Positions 1 through 11,170 of a stretch of DNA of 64,000 bases are shown in pieces; position 1 is the stretch's first letter; each line of letters begins with the position of its first letter. This DNA comes from the human T2T-CHM13v2.0 reference genome, Homo sapiens. The notes below the pieces were generated by a model. That model was not told the origin of the DNA. It ran no database searches and was given only the letters and a program-made list of their open reading frames with translations. Location: NCBI RefSeq assembly GCF_009914755.1, contig NC_060925.1; one strand, given 5' to 3'. The translations under genes were made by a program, and so were the position numbers.

Positions 1-703
1 TGCCCTCCTCTGACTCTACCACGTGAAGAAGAGTCCTGGGAGGCCAGGCTCCTACATCTCTTGACTCTCCCTCCACTCCACTCCTGCAGCCGGGGCCCTC
101 CATGACTCACTAACTGGGTTTCCTGTTCCTGTCTCTCTCCTCGCCCCCGGTACATCACTGTCCATTTCTATTCTTAGGACACCGTGTTCGCTATGCTGAG
201 TCTGTACAGCTCCCTTAAAGCCCTGCACCTGGCATTAAGGCCCCCATGATCTGGCTGGGGCTATCTCCCTAAGCCCACTGCTACGGGTCCCTTGCACAGA
301 CCCTTTGTTCCAGCCCTACCAGCACATTCACTTCAAGCTCTTCATACCATTTTCTGTCCCCACACTTATGCCCATGCTATGCCTCCCACCTGGAACACCC
401 CCAGCCCTTTGCAGCATCTATCCAAATTTCCCCCAGCCATCAGACCAGCCTAAGTCTACCCCCTTCACAAGGTATCCCCATCAGCACCCCCCGAAATTCT
501 TCCTCAGCTCCTGTACCATTCATTGCTGACACTGCTCAGCTGGGAGCTAATCGTTCACTGCCTCGTGACAGCTATTCTGCGAACAGTCGGCATTCCTATT
601 AACATCTTTTATTTCTTTGTTCCATGATGAATTCTTCACCTGCCTAACTAACCTTGGGCACCCCGGCGCCCCTCATAGTCCTGCAGAGGAGGCCCTGACC
701 TAC

Positions 704-1146
704 CTGAGGAGGTTTCCCCTGGGCAAATTCTGCTCTCGGGCCTGGACGCCACCCATGGTGAGGCTCAGCCTCTTGGCCACATCCGGCCTTCCCTTGGTGA
801 GGCTGCCCTCCCGGGCCTGGCCTGGGGAGGTGCCATAATGCTCCTCCAGGCACCGCAGAGGCACCGTCCTGTTGATGGGCTGGAAGATGATGGCGCCACT
901 CTGCTGGGAGATGGGCCGGCGGTTGCCCACGTAGCAGCGCACCAGGCCGGGGATGGAGTCGAAGCTCTCCATCTCGAACTGGTACTGCACGCGGCTGTAG
1001 GCCTCGCTGAGTCGCAGAACTGTCCGGTTGATTTTGAAGTGCTGAGCGAGGTTCTTCCACTGACAGGTCAGGACAAAGTTCCCAGGGCTGGACAGAGAGT
1101 CACGAACTAGGAAGTCACCATCTCGCTGCACAAGGTTTTCAGACAC
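704..1146 (-). CDS. BCAR3: BCAR3 coding exon (443 nt): body and C-terminal part of the SH2 domain plus linker, VSENLVQRDGDFLVRDS...PRGNLL(R)
   Basis: ORF 700..1191 has the SH2 signature GDFLVRDS and matches the recalled BCAR3 protein. Acceptor ttttgtcccaaag|GTG at 1146 (phase 0); donor CTCAG|gtaggt at 704/703 (phase 2). Confidence 0.97.
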
Positions 1147-1309
1147 CTTTGGGACAAAAAGGTGAGTGAGGAGTAGGAAAGGCAAATTCACATTCCTTCT
1201 AAAAGCTTATGGCTACCCACTTCTCTGGGCCAACAGAAGACAATGCTACTATGTCTCTTCTTGGGTCAGCTCTTTAGTTTTTCAAAGATCAAATTCATAG
1301 AAGAGCCAA

Positions 1310-1640
1310 TCATTCATTCAAGAACTATTCACTGACCACCTACTCGTGCCAAGCACCACTGCAGGCTCAGGGGATGCAGTGGTGACAGTGGCACACAAGA
1401 GCCCACCTTATGGAGCTCCTGTTTTTGGTGGGGAGCTTCTGTTTTAGTGAGGATAAATAACCAGTGGCTATGGTATGTCAGCTGTAAGGTCAGGGAAGAA
1501 GTAAACCAGGAAAGGAGGCAGGAAGTGCCGGGGAGGGGATGAGGGCTGTCCAGTAAAATAGGGTGGTTGGGGAGGTGTCACAAGAACATGACGTTTATAC
1601 AGACCTGAATGATGTAATGAAACAGGAAATAAGAAATGAG
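1310..1640 (-). mobile_element. L2 LINE 3' fragment
   Basis: Begins tcattcattcaag...ctactcgtgccaagcac, the reverse complement of the L2 3' terminus. Confidence 0.7.
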
Positions 1641-1994
1641 AAAATGTGTGCCTGGCAGGCCTGATTTTCCCTCCCCAACAAGTGGAGTGAAGAGAAAGAA
1701 GGGTATTTGTTGGTGTCTAGAAGTCATCCTAGGGGCCCTCTCCTAAGATGCCCCTCTCCAGGCCTGGCCAGTGGGGAGGAGGAGTCCACATGCAGGACTG
1801 GGGTATAGATTCTGGACACACCAATTACTGGCTAGAAGGCCTAGAACAAAGTCAGGCTGGGGTCCCTCATCTTACAGTTACTATCAGGGTTATGTATTTG
1901 TATACATAACATATGTAAGCACTGGAACACAGTGGATGCTCAAAAATAGTTAACAAGCATGATGCTGCTGCTTACAGCAACTGGAGAATTTATA

Positions 1995-2180
1995 ATGTGG
2001 TGCAGCCTGGCTGTTCCTGTAGCCTGACCACCTGGGTTTGCATCCTGGCTCAGCTGTATCACTCTGGACAAATTACATAATCTCCTTGTGGCTCACTTAT
2101 ATCATCTGAAAAACACAAATGATAATATTACCTATAGAATGGCTACAAAGATTTAAGGGGCTAAAATGTTAGCAATAACT
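1995..2180 (+). mobile_element. MIR SINE
   Basis: MIR core-like ctgggtttgcatcctggctcagct...tcatctgaaaaac...aaatgttagc. Confidence 0.65.
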
Positions 2181-2380
2181 CGTTATTACGGTTATGGTTA
2201 TAGTGTTCAGTTATCCAGTTTGGAACGATTTATCACTGAAAATTAATACTCATGCAAGTAGTAAACGAATGTAATGACCATGATAAGGAGACGGACGGTG
2301 GTGATAGTATCGGTTTTATAATTCTGACAATTTTTCTGGAACATTCCAACATTTGATCAACAGTATACTTCTGTTAGGTC
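2181..2380. other. ~200-bp block that appears complemented without reversal
   Basis: 7 CpG versus 1 GpC in AT-rich DNA. The in-place complement restores normal dinucleotide bias, continues the upstream gcaataa tail and gives L1M-like sequence collinear with the downstream L1. Confidence 0.7.
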
Positions 2381-2429
2381 AAAATAGTAGGCTACCATGG
2401 TTACTTTAAAATTGCATCTTTGCCTTAAA

Positions 2430-2850
2430 AATGTTTTCACATAGAAATTCCACTTCTTAGAATTGAGCCTGTGAAAATAATTGTAGGTATGAACACAGCA
2501 ATCTTAAAGGATATTGGTCAGAGTATTAGAAACACCCTATGTGTCCAGTAAATTGCAGTGCATGCATACCGTGGACAGACATACAATGTAGGCTGGTGCA
2601 GAAGAATATTCTACAGTGGGTGAAAATTCCCAGGACATAGTAAGTGAGTAGAATGGGCTACCAAAAAAGTATATGTAGTACAATCTCATACTTGATTTCA
2701 AAAAGCCCGGGAGGATGTATGTACACAAAAGTATTCATCGTGGTTATCCCCAGGAGAATTATGAGGAGAATTATGGATAAGAGTTTAATTTCCTTCTTTT
2801 TGCTATCTATGTTTTCTACAATCAATTTTAAACTTAAAAAAACAAAGTCA
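2430..2850 (+). mobile_element. Old L1M (L1ME-like) 3' fragment
   Basis: Contains aattccacttcttagaatt and the degenerate L1M 3'UTR ending ttttctacaatcaattttaaacttaaaaaa. Confidence 0.55.
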
Positions 2851-2896
2851 GAATAATAATTATTTATTTGATTGTGCCAAGAAATCTACTACATTA

Positions 2897-3268
<372 letters not shown>

Positions 3269-3679
3269 TCATGTTGTCCTTGGTTAATGATTGGCCAGAT
3301 CAGGTTTACAATAAAAACCCAAGGGAAATTCTATGCCTCAATTCTGCAGACTTACTCTATTTTTCAATTTTTACAGTATTAAATGAAAAAACATTATTTA
3401 TGGCAATCACCCAAATGACGATCACACAGTATATTCTGGGCCATGAGTCTGTGGTCATGGGTTTAATTCCCCTTTTTTCCCACCTCTGGGTCACAGGATC
3501 CAGTAGGGAAGTGATGGAGAGTGTGAATAACTGCCAGCTCAATGGGGCAGAGGCAGCCTTGTTGATCTGGGCCACCTGCCCTCTCTCCTCCCGAAGCTAA
3601 GCCACTGCCTTGAGAAGGAGGGGCTGCAAATGGTCTGAGGCTGCTGGCAGCTGGCCAAGAGTTCAATTACCTGGGCCAC

Positions 3680-4237
3680 AGCCCGCCCTCCTAGTTCTTC
3701 CGGTTACTGACTCTGTGGCTGCTGCCTCCCACAACGCTGTGCTTGCAGACCCCAGGAGCGCTGGCTGTCCCTTCACTTCCTGAACATGTGGATGTGTGCT
3801 TTGGGTTCTTGACCTCAGCTCTTCCCAAGGTCTTCTTAGAGAAGGGTCTAAATGAAGTCATTTTTAGAGTATTTGTTTTTGGTTACACAGGAGCTTCCGC
3901 CCATGTGGCCTCGGAGTGGGACCCTGCGGGTCATCAATCTGTACATTGCCTGAGAGCAGCCGTGTATGCTCTGGAAGGGACAAGACCAGGTACCTGTCGG
4001 GGGATGCGGCCGTGGTACCAGGCATGGCTGCGCAGGTCCTCGCTGCTCAGGAGCAGCTCCTCCTCCAGCTCCTTCTTCAGTTTCTCGGGGGTCCTGTCCA
4101 TGATGTGCCTCTCCTTGGAGAACTGCAACACAGAGTCAACCATGAGCTCACCCTGCCCAGGCCACACCAGGCCATGCCAGCTGGAGGTGACCGCCTGCTT
4201 CACTAATCCAACCAGTTATGCTACAGCCTGCATTCAG
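3680..4237 (+). ncRNA. Probable first exon and promoter of an antisense lncRNA overlapping the 129-nt BCAR3 exon (BCAR3-AS1 region)
   Basis: GC box CCCGCCC at ~3682, ETS CTTCCGG at 3697-3703, plus-strand donor CAG|gtaggg at 4237/4238. I recall a BCAR3 antisense transcript in this region; the boundaries are inferred. Confidence 0.35.
3994..4122 (-). CDS. BCAR3: BCAR3 coding exon (129 nt, 43 codons): FSKERHIMDRTPEKLKKELEEELLLSSEDLRSHAWYHGRIPRQ, start of the SH2 domain
   Basis: Acceptor tgtgttgcag|TTC at 4122; donor CGACAG|gtacct at 3994. Symmetric phase 0-0 exon with the SH2 N-terminal motif WYHGRI; joins in frame to the 443-nt exon. Confidence 0.97.
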
Positions 4238-5080
4238 GTAGGGGAGCCTGGATAATGATTACAAAGAGCTGTGACCTTTCGTTTCTCCGGCCGCAACCAT
4301 GTAATAAAATTTTCACCTGCACATGGGGACTATGGTAGGAGAGTCCACCAAGAGGTTCCTTTTACCAGTCTACTCAAGCAGCTGGGCAGGAAGGGCCAGA
4401 GAGATGTACAGACAGCAAGACACAGCAGCCCAGCCTGCTCTCTTCCCAGCGGAGAGCTTCCTCATTCTCCTTCAGGACTGTCCTGACATAGCGTGGGGAG
4501 GGCAGCTGTTCCCTTCTGGCCTTAGATCCTGGGCCTCTGGGCAGTGAGGCCCAAAGCACAGTCCTTGGGCTGGTAGCGATGGCCCTAACTTCTTTGCTGT
4601 TGGTAAACTCATGTTCAGGAATTGAGTCAGTCTTTAGAAACTTTTAGGGCAAATGGACAGAGCAATTTTATGTCTCTTGAATCTAATAACAGAAGTCTGT
4701 CTTTATTTCACATTTCTAATATTTCATTTTTATGACAGATAGGAAAGTGAAACAAATTTAAAAAGACAACCCTGGTCCTTCACCTCAGATGTTTGAGAAT
4801 CAGTGGTCTGCGGCGTTGCACAGTGGCCATGGCAGTGAGTGCTGGGTGGACAGCGGTGGCTCCAGGTTTAATTTAGAACCATGCCTGCTTACAACATGTG
4901 AACTGAACCTGGAAACCTGCCCAGTTCCCAGCAAGACCAGGCATGCTGACCAGGAACCGCTTGCTGAAAGTCCCATGAACAGAAAAAGGCTGTGTCCCTG
5001 TGGTTCTCCCAAGTTTCCCAGCTTGTCCTTCAAACCCCCATGGGAGCCACAAAATTATTACTTATCACACTACTTTTTAA

Positions 5081-5434
<354 letters not shown>

Positions 5435-5457
5435 TAGCTCCAAATCCTTTTCCACCA

Positions 5458-5486
5458 AACAACAACAACAACAACAACAACAACAA
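5458..5486. repeat. (AAC)n microsatellite
   Basis: aacaacaacaacaacaacaacaacaac. Confidence 0.95.
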
Positions 5487-5999
5487 AGCCCTGGAATTTT
5501 AGGGCTAGATTCTCATCCTCTAGTGCTTCTTTGCACATTGGCCCATAAGGAGCGCTAGCTGAAGAGTAACTCAGGGGCTGATTTTTAGATGGGGCTCTGG
5601 CTTACTATTTGTTTACTTCTCCCTCCTTCTCACTGGGCAGACACTCACTTGGGAGTGTCTGAAGGATGGAATTTGCATCAAAGAGATGCGGACGCTGGCT
5701 GTCCAGGGTGCCTGCAGGCTTTAGATGGTGATGTTTGACACCGTCCGCTCCCATCATTAATATTGTACGGCTTCATCTGAAGACAGCTTGAGTGTGGAAT
5801 GCAGTTTGTCAACTCGGCCACGCTTTATTGTTCGTTTATTGTCTGACTTGCCTCCCACTAGACTGTAAGTTTCATGAAAACAGAAATCCATCTACTTTTT
5901 CCCCACTGCCCTTGAGCAATGCCTGAAAACATCAGGCACTGGGTATTCAGTAAACAAATACCCTAGGATGAGAAAAGATGCTGACTTTGCTTAGTTATG

Positions 6000-6370
6000 G
6001 AGATTCTCCCTTTCGCCCTCAAGTCATCTGAAGCCCTGTTTTCGCTGGGCATGCTGCCATTCAGCCAAAAGACCACATTCCTCAATCTCTGTCTCTTCCA
6101 GGGAGATGTGGCCACAGGACTCAGTTCTGACCAAGGAGCTGAGATGTGATGGCTGGAGACTCAACACCATTCTGGACGGTGAGTGGGGAGCCACACCAAG
6201 GAATTGGCTGGGTGGAAGGTCTGATTGAGGCTGGGTCCCTGATGACTGTGGGGCCAACACACCAGCCCTGGACCGCCAGCCTCCAGGTCTTCTAGGTGAT
6301 CTACCTTATGGAAGCCTGTGATTTGTGGGTGTTCCCGTCACTGGCAGCTGAACTAAATCCTAACCCATAT
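6000..6370 (+). mobile_element. MaLR LTR (MLT1J/I-like)
   Basis: Contains gatgtggccacaggactcagttctgacca, gctgggtccctgatgac and the terminal gcagctgaactaaatcctaac, typical of old MLT1 LTRs. Confidence 0.6.
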
Positions 6371-9189
6371 TGTGACCTGACCCCCATTGAGTCACCCTGA
6401 CAGGCAGTCTGCAGGCTTAGCCTAAATCCCTTGTGCTGCACCCTGGGCCCACTTCTTGGTCTGACCTCTGAAAATGTGGAGATCTGAAAATATACAGCAG
6501 GTCTTGCACAGTTCTTTGTTGAAAATTTATTTGCTTATATCCAAGAAGCTATTTCCACAGTTATCTTTGCATTTTCCTTCCTCCCTGATGTCCTAACACT
6601 CAGCCACCTCTCCCTCTCCCCGGCTCCTTTCTCAGCCCTGCTCATAACAGCAAGGGTTATTATTCTTTTTAGCACTTTATATGCATCAATCTTTTATTCC
6701 AGGTTTTGAGATAATGCTTTTAAACTGGTTACAAAAAATATAAAATCAGCTATCTTGTTACTTCTGTCCTAATTCCTAAGAGAAGAACAGGAAAATCCTA
6801 AATTATTGCTCTTTCCCCCTGTAGACTCCAGAGAGTGAATCCTACAGGGTACTATAGGAGGTAGGGTATTACAGGAAAGTACCTAGAGAGAGAGAAATGA
6901 AGATATTAAGATTGACGCTCTCAAATAATTTGGGATGAAAGACCAGACTTCAAAAACTATGCCTTTAAGCTCTTGCATATTTTATGAAAAGTTTGAAGGT
7001 TACACAACTGCCTAGACTTGTATTTTAAAAGGGAAGGAGGGAAAGAGAGAGGGAGGAAAATGAGAGGAAAGGAGGGAGAGAGGGAGACCCAGAGTGAACA
7101 AGCAATTGCAAAAGGTTTTCCATTTCCAGCCAGTGAGGGCTGGCTCGAATACACTGCAGAGAGCCAGGTTTGCTGCTGGGAGCCTCTGCCTTAGCAGATG
7201 ATGTGGACAATGTCTCCCAGACAACTGAAGAAAGCAATTCAAAAGGATCACCCCATATGGCCACCTCATGATGACACAGTGGTTATTTTGGGAGTGGAAA
7301 CCTTCTAGAACTTTCACTACTGCCTTCGTCACATATATTAATGCAATTATTTTTCCCAGCTGCCTGTATTTTATGAGATCTTGATCTCCCCAACTGTGAT
7401 TTTGCCACTTTAGATAAGTACTTTGATGGACTGTAAACCCCACAGGTTAGTGAGAGGTGACCATATAACAAATTGTGGCAAAATGTATCCATCTGTATTT
7501 CTGAGAACATTGTGATTGATATCTGTGCTTCTTGGGGACCAGAAATGAGATTCCTGCTTCATAGCACTGGTCATGCATGTCTGCAACATTTGGCGGAATT
7601 CTGTAGGCTTCCCACATACAACCTGAATTACTGGTGACAGTGTATCCTTTCGCTTTTCTGCTGCCACGTGGGAAGAATTTGGATTTTTTCCCTGGAATGC
7701 AAGCATTCTATTCATGGCATAGGCTAGTTTTTGCAACTTGGCTATGAAGCAAATTCTAGCAATTTAAGGTAACACAACAGAGCCTCTGCCTTCAGCAAAG
7801 GTTTCATCCCCTCTGTGTGGCTATCTGTGTCCTCTAATTGATCTAAGTTCTAATTTATTCTACGAATGCCCTAAGAATCCTCCTGCCCTTCCTTAGACTA
7901 CCTTTCTAAGGCAAGGGCAGAAGAGATTAGTACTGTATTCGCTCACATAATATTCGCATGCATTGTTATTATTTGCATAGCCCAGAATGATGCATGAGAA
8001 GACAGAGAATAAGGTGTCAGGTCCTAGGCATTCTAACTGCTTCCAATCTTGGGAAAATAAAGAAGACACAAGGACATTGTTCAAATCCACCCCAGTTCCC
8101 ATAGCCTTTTCTCCTAGCTCATTTCCAACTCTCTCACATTTGTAGACATCTTCTGAACTCAATGTGCTTTAAAGACAGGCTGGACTCAAATCATCCTCAA
8201 TCCCTCTGTCAGCAAGGGACAGCAGGCATTGTGGCACCCAGAATGAGTAACACGGCTGTGCTCTCTTAGAAAGTTGACATTGAGTGTGAATGGAGGACTC
8301 TGGCCCTCTGGACTATATGTTTTCTTCAACTGCCAGGCAGAGAGAGCAAGACAACTTGTGAATAATCATTCGCTCACATAAATGCAATAAACGTTAATAA
8401 TGATCACATTATCTAGTAATACAACTTTCTCTCCAAGATCAAATTCTCTAACATTTGCCCTTGAGTTTGAACCTCATTCCTAGAAGGCATCTGATTCCTT
8501 GTTTTTCTAGTGTTTTGTCTTGAGGGGAAGGAGGTGGCAGCAGAGGAGGAGTCAGAGAGACAAAGTTGGTTTTCGCTGCCTCAGCAGAGGCTCCAGCCAT
8601 CCTGAGCTCACCCCACACAGCAGCTGTGGGCTCAGCCTCCAGAGGAAGGGATGCTGCTGGGCTTTGGATCAAGAACATTGTGCCCACAGGTCTTGCCAGC
8701 TTCATTCTAGGGACCAAATCTACCTACAACCATGATGAGACCACAATGAGACAAACATGCAGGCAGGGCTCATATCTTGTGCTTCAGGAAATTTGAGTAG
8801 TCCTTTTAGAGGCACAGGGAGAGTAAGAAAAGGTACTATGTACATAAATAATAAGTATAACTTCAGCAGGAAAGAAAGAAAAGAAGGGAAGGAGAGTTAG
8901 TAACTACTGTACATGGTTACCCACTCACATGGCCCCACTTCGAAATGTTCATGTTTGTCCCAGTCATTAGCATTGGGGTCTGAGATGAGATGTAGGTAAA
9001 GTGACAAACAGGGCAAATGTAGGGGGTGGATGAGGCCCCCTCTTGTCCAACCAAATTGCAGGATAGTTAGAAAATTAATAAGTTACTATAATTGATGCTT
9101 TTCATGAAAATCTGAGTCTAGCTACATCTTTCCTATCCCCAGCATTTTAATAGCCCTGATATCAAAAAGTGTTACAGCAAGGTGTTTAA

Positions 9190-9390
9190 GAGCCACCTCA
9201 ATCCACAGGCCACTGTGCCACGCACCTGCTGTGTGGCCTCGGGCAGGTGACATTAACTCTGTAGAGCCTCAGGCTCCTCATCTACAAAATGGGCATGATA
9301 ATATGTCATGAGGTGTTAATAAGGATTAAATGGGTCAACATCTGGAAAGCACTAAGAACATCCCTGGCATGTAGTCAGCACTGTTAATTG
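9190..9390 (+). mobile_element. MIR SINE
   Basis: gctgtgtggcctcgggcaggtgacattaactctgtagagcctcaggctcctcatctacaaaatggg. Confidence 0.75.
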
Positions 9391-10719
9391 TCATAATAGA
9401 CTCATATCAGGATGCTACTAATCTGTTTCTATAAAATAAGCAGACTTCATGTTCAAGGTCTGATGCAGGAGGCTGAGGGAGGCAGGTGTTTGGGAGGCAA
9501 GCAGTTAAGGAAAGCAGCCTGGAGCCTGCCAAGTGCCTGGAGGCTGCCTGCCACAAGTTTCTTCAATCCTCACTCACTGCCCGCCTGGCCCAGCACCTCT
9601 GCTCGGTTACACGGAGGGGACTGGTCCTAGCTTGCTGGGACTGGCTCCAAGAAATCATAAATATCACTCTGAATCTGGAAAGCACATCTCTGCAGCCCCA
9701 CGTGGCCCCAGCAAGTCCAGTCTTGACAGGCTGGAATAGCCAGGGCCCAGGAGATGATTGGAAAACACATTCTGGAGGCACAGAGCCAGGTCTGCAGATG
9801 TGCTGGGAACCTCGATTAATGCAGAAACCCACATTTCAGCAGCTCTCCAAGGAAGAAAAGCCATTCTGGCATGGGAGGAATGGAGCTAGGGGTCTCCTGC
9901 GTGAGCATCAGAGCCTGCATTTCAAATCAGGCACAACAATGGACCCTGGAGGCACAGGAGATTCGAGTTCTGAAGACGGGACGGGGAGGGGTGCACTTGG
10001 GCGATCTGTCAGAAAACCCCAGAGGAGGCTGGGGACACTCATTCGCATGTAGGAGACAGCAGAATTTGAAAAAGGTGGCATCTGCATTATAATTAATAAT
10101 TATTTTACTCTATCCCTGCCTGTAAGAAAGGCTTCCTAGTTCCCACAGGATTTTAAATTGTGCAAATCGGCAGGAAAGACTCTATCCCCAGGCCTAGGAA
10201 CTGAGGGTGGAAAGAGGCTGCAGAGGCCATGGCCATCCATTGTCATGACCAAACAGTTGCCAGCATCTGGCTGCCAGTGGGGGATGGATGCACTGGTCCC
10301 TGCCCTCAAGGAAGGCACAGTCTCCTTGGAAGATGACACACAAAGAACAGTTTAACACATTCCAAGCTCTAGAAACATACTGCTTGTCCTGCCATCTGCT
10401 CCCTGTCCCTCCCAGCTTGGCAGCCGGGGCAAGTTACCCCACCTCTTTGTCCTTTGGTTTTCCCTGTGGAAAAATGAGAAAAGTCACTGTGGCCAGGAGT
10501 GTCCTGGAAACAGCTTCATGGAGATGGGAGGAGGACAGATGTCTGGAGAATCAGGGTTGGACCGTGAGGATAAAACTTAAGGACAGGGATAGGAAGAGTA
10601 TTTGGGACATTTGAGCTAAGGGACATTTCCTTTTGTCTTTTGAAGCCAAAAAGAGCTGGCCTTGGCTGGAAGGTTCTGGCTAGGAGGAGAGGGCTAAAGC
10701 ATGCGAAGGCACAACAATG

Positions 10720-11170
10720 GTATGTTATGTATTTTATATACATCCAGCAACCCCGCCACTCCCCAGGAAAGCCACATCTTCACCCCAAGCATGCGTTCTG
10801 ACCCCACCTTCCTGACCGTGGCCAGCTGGCCCAGGAAGGGTGCCTGTACCAAGCTGGTCCAATCAGAGTTCTTCCTGGGATTTTTCTAGATGGAACTGAG
10901 CGAAGAAGATACTCTATCCCACTTCAGTGAAAACATCATGAGGCTTGAAGCATGGAAGTTGCCTCACCCCCGTGTTTCCTGCCAGGTGGAACAAAGTGCT
11001 GAGAGAATCAAACCAGCAAGCAAAGAGAAGAGGAGCAAGAGATGGAAAGTGACCTCTAGCATGCACATCCCTAAGCCCCAGCTGATTATATCAGCCGGCA
11101 AACTCCTCTTGTGACCTAGGCTAGTATGAGTGGAATCCCTGTCACTTGTGACCAAAGCAGTCCTGACCCA
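10720..11170 (+). mobile_element. MaLR LTR (MLT1K/L-like)
   Basis: Contains caagctggtccaatcagagttcttcctgggattttt and the terminal ctgtcacttgtgaccaaagcagtcctgac. Confidence 0.55.

Noticed and set aside
644-1110. Overlapping ORFs 644..1060 (-) and 838..1110 (+)
   Set aside because: These are alternate-frame and antisense shadows of the GC-rich BCAR3 exon, with no independent gene structure.
3743-4255. 170-aa plus-strand ORF
   Set aside because: It starts at TTG, and its poly-Ser is the antisense reading of the Glu/Leu-rich BCAR3 exon. No recognisable domain.
7027-7087. Polypurine tract (possible H-DNA)
   Set aside because: No clean mirror symmetry; ordinary low-complexity sequence.
7012-7760. 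Cluster of minus-strand ORFs with LLYGHL and WETL, reminiscent of RTE/L4 LINE protein
   Set aside because: The motifs are in different frames and their spacing does not fit. Not assignable without a Dfam or tBLASTn search.
7937-8381. Exact 14-mer attcgctcacataa repeated 431 bp apart
   Set aside because: One such match within 1 kb somewhere in 64 kb is not improbable, and there is no element between the copies.
8929-8952. Mini-ORF MNISKWGH followed by CAT|gtgagt (phase 0, minus strand)
   Set aside because: Only 8 codons with no promoter features; expected by chance.
9486-10052. 188-aa plus-strand ORF
   Set aside because: Non-ATG start, no recognisable domain, intronic and antisense to BCAR3.
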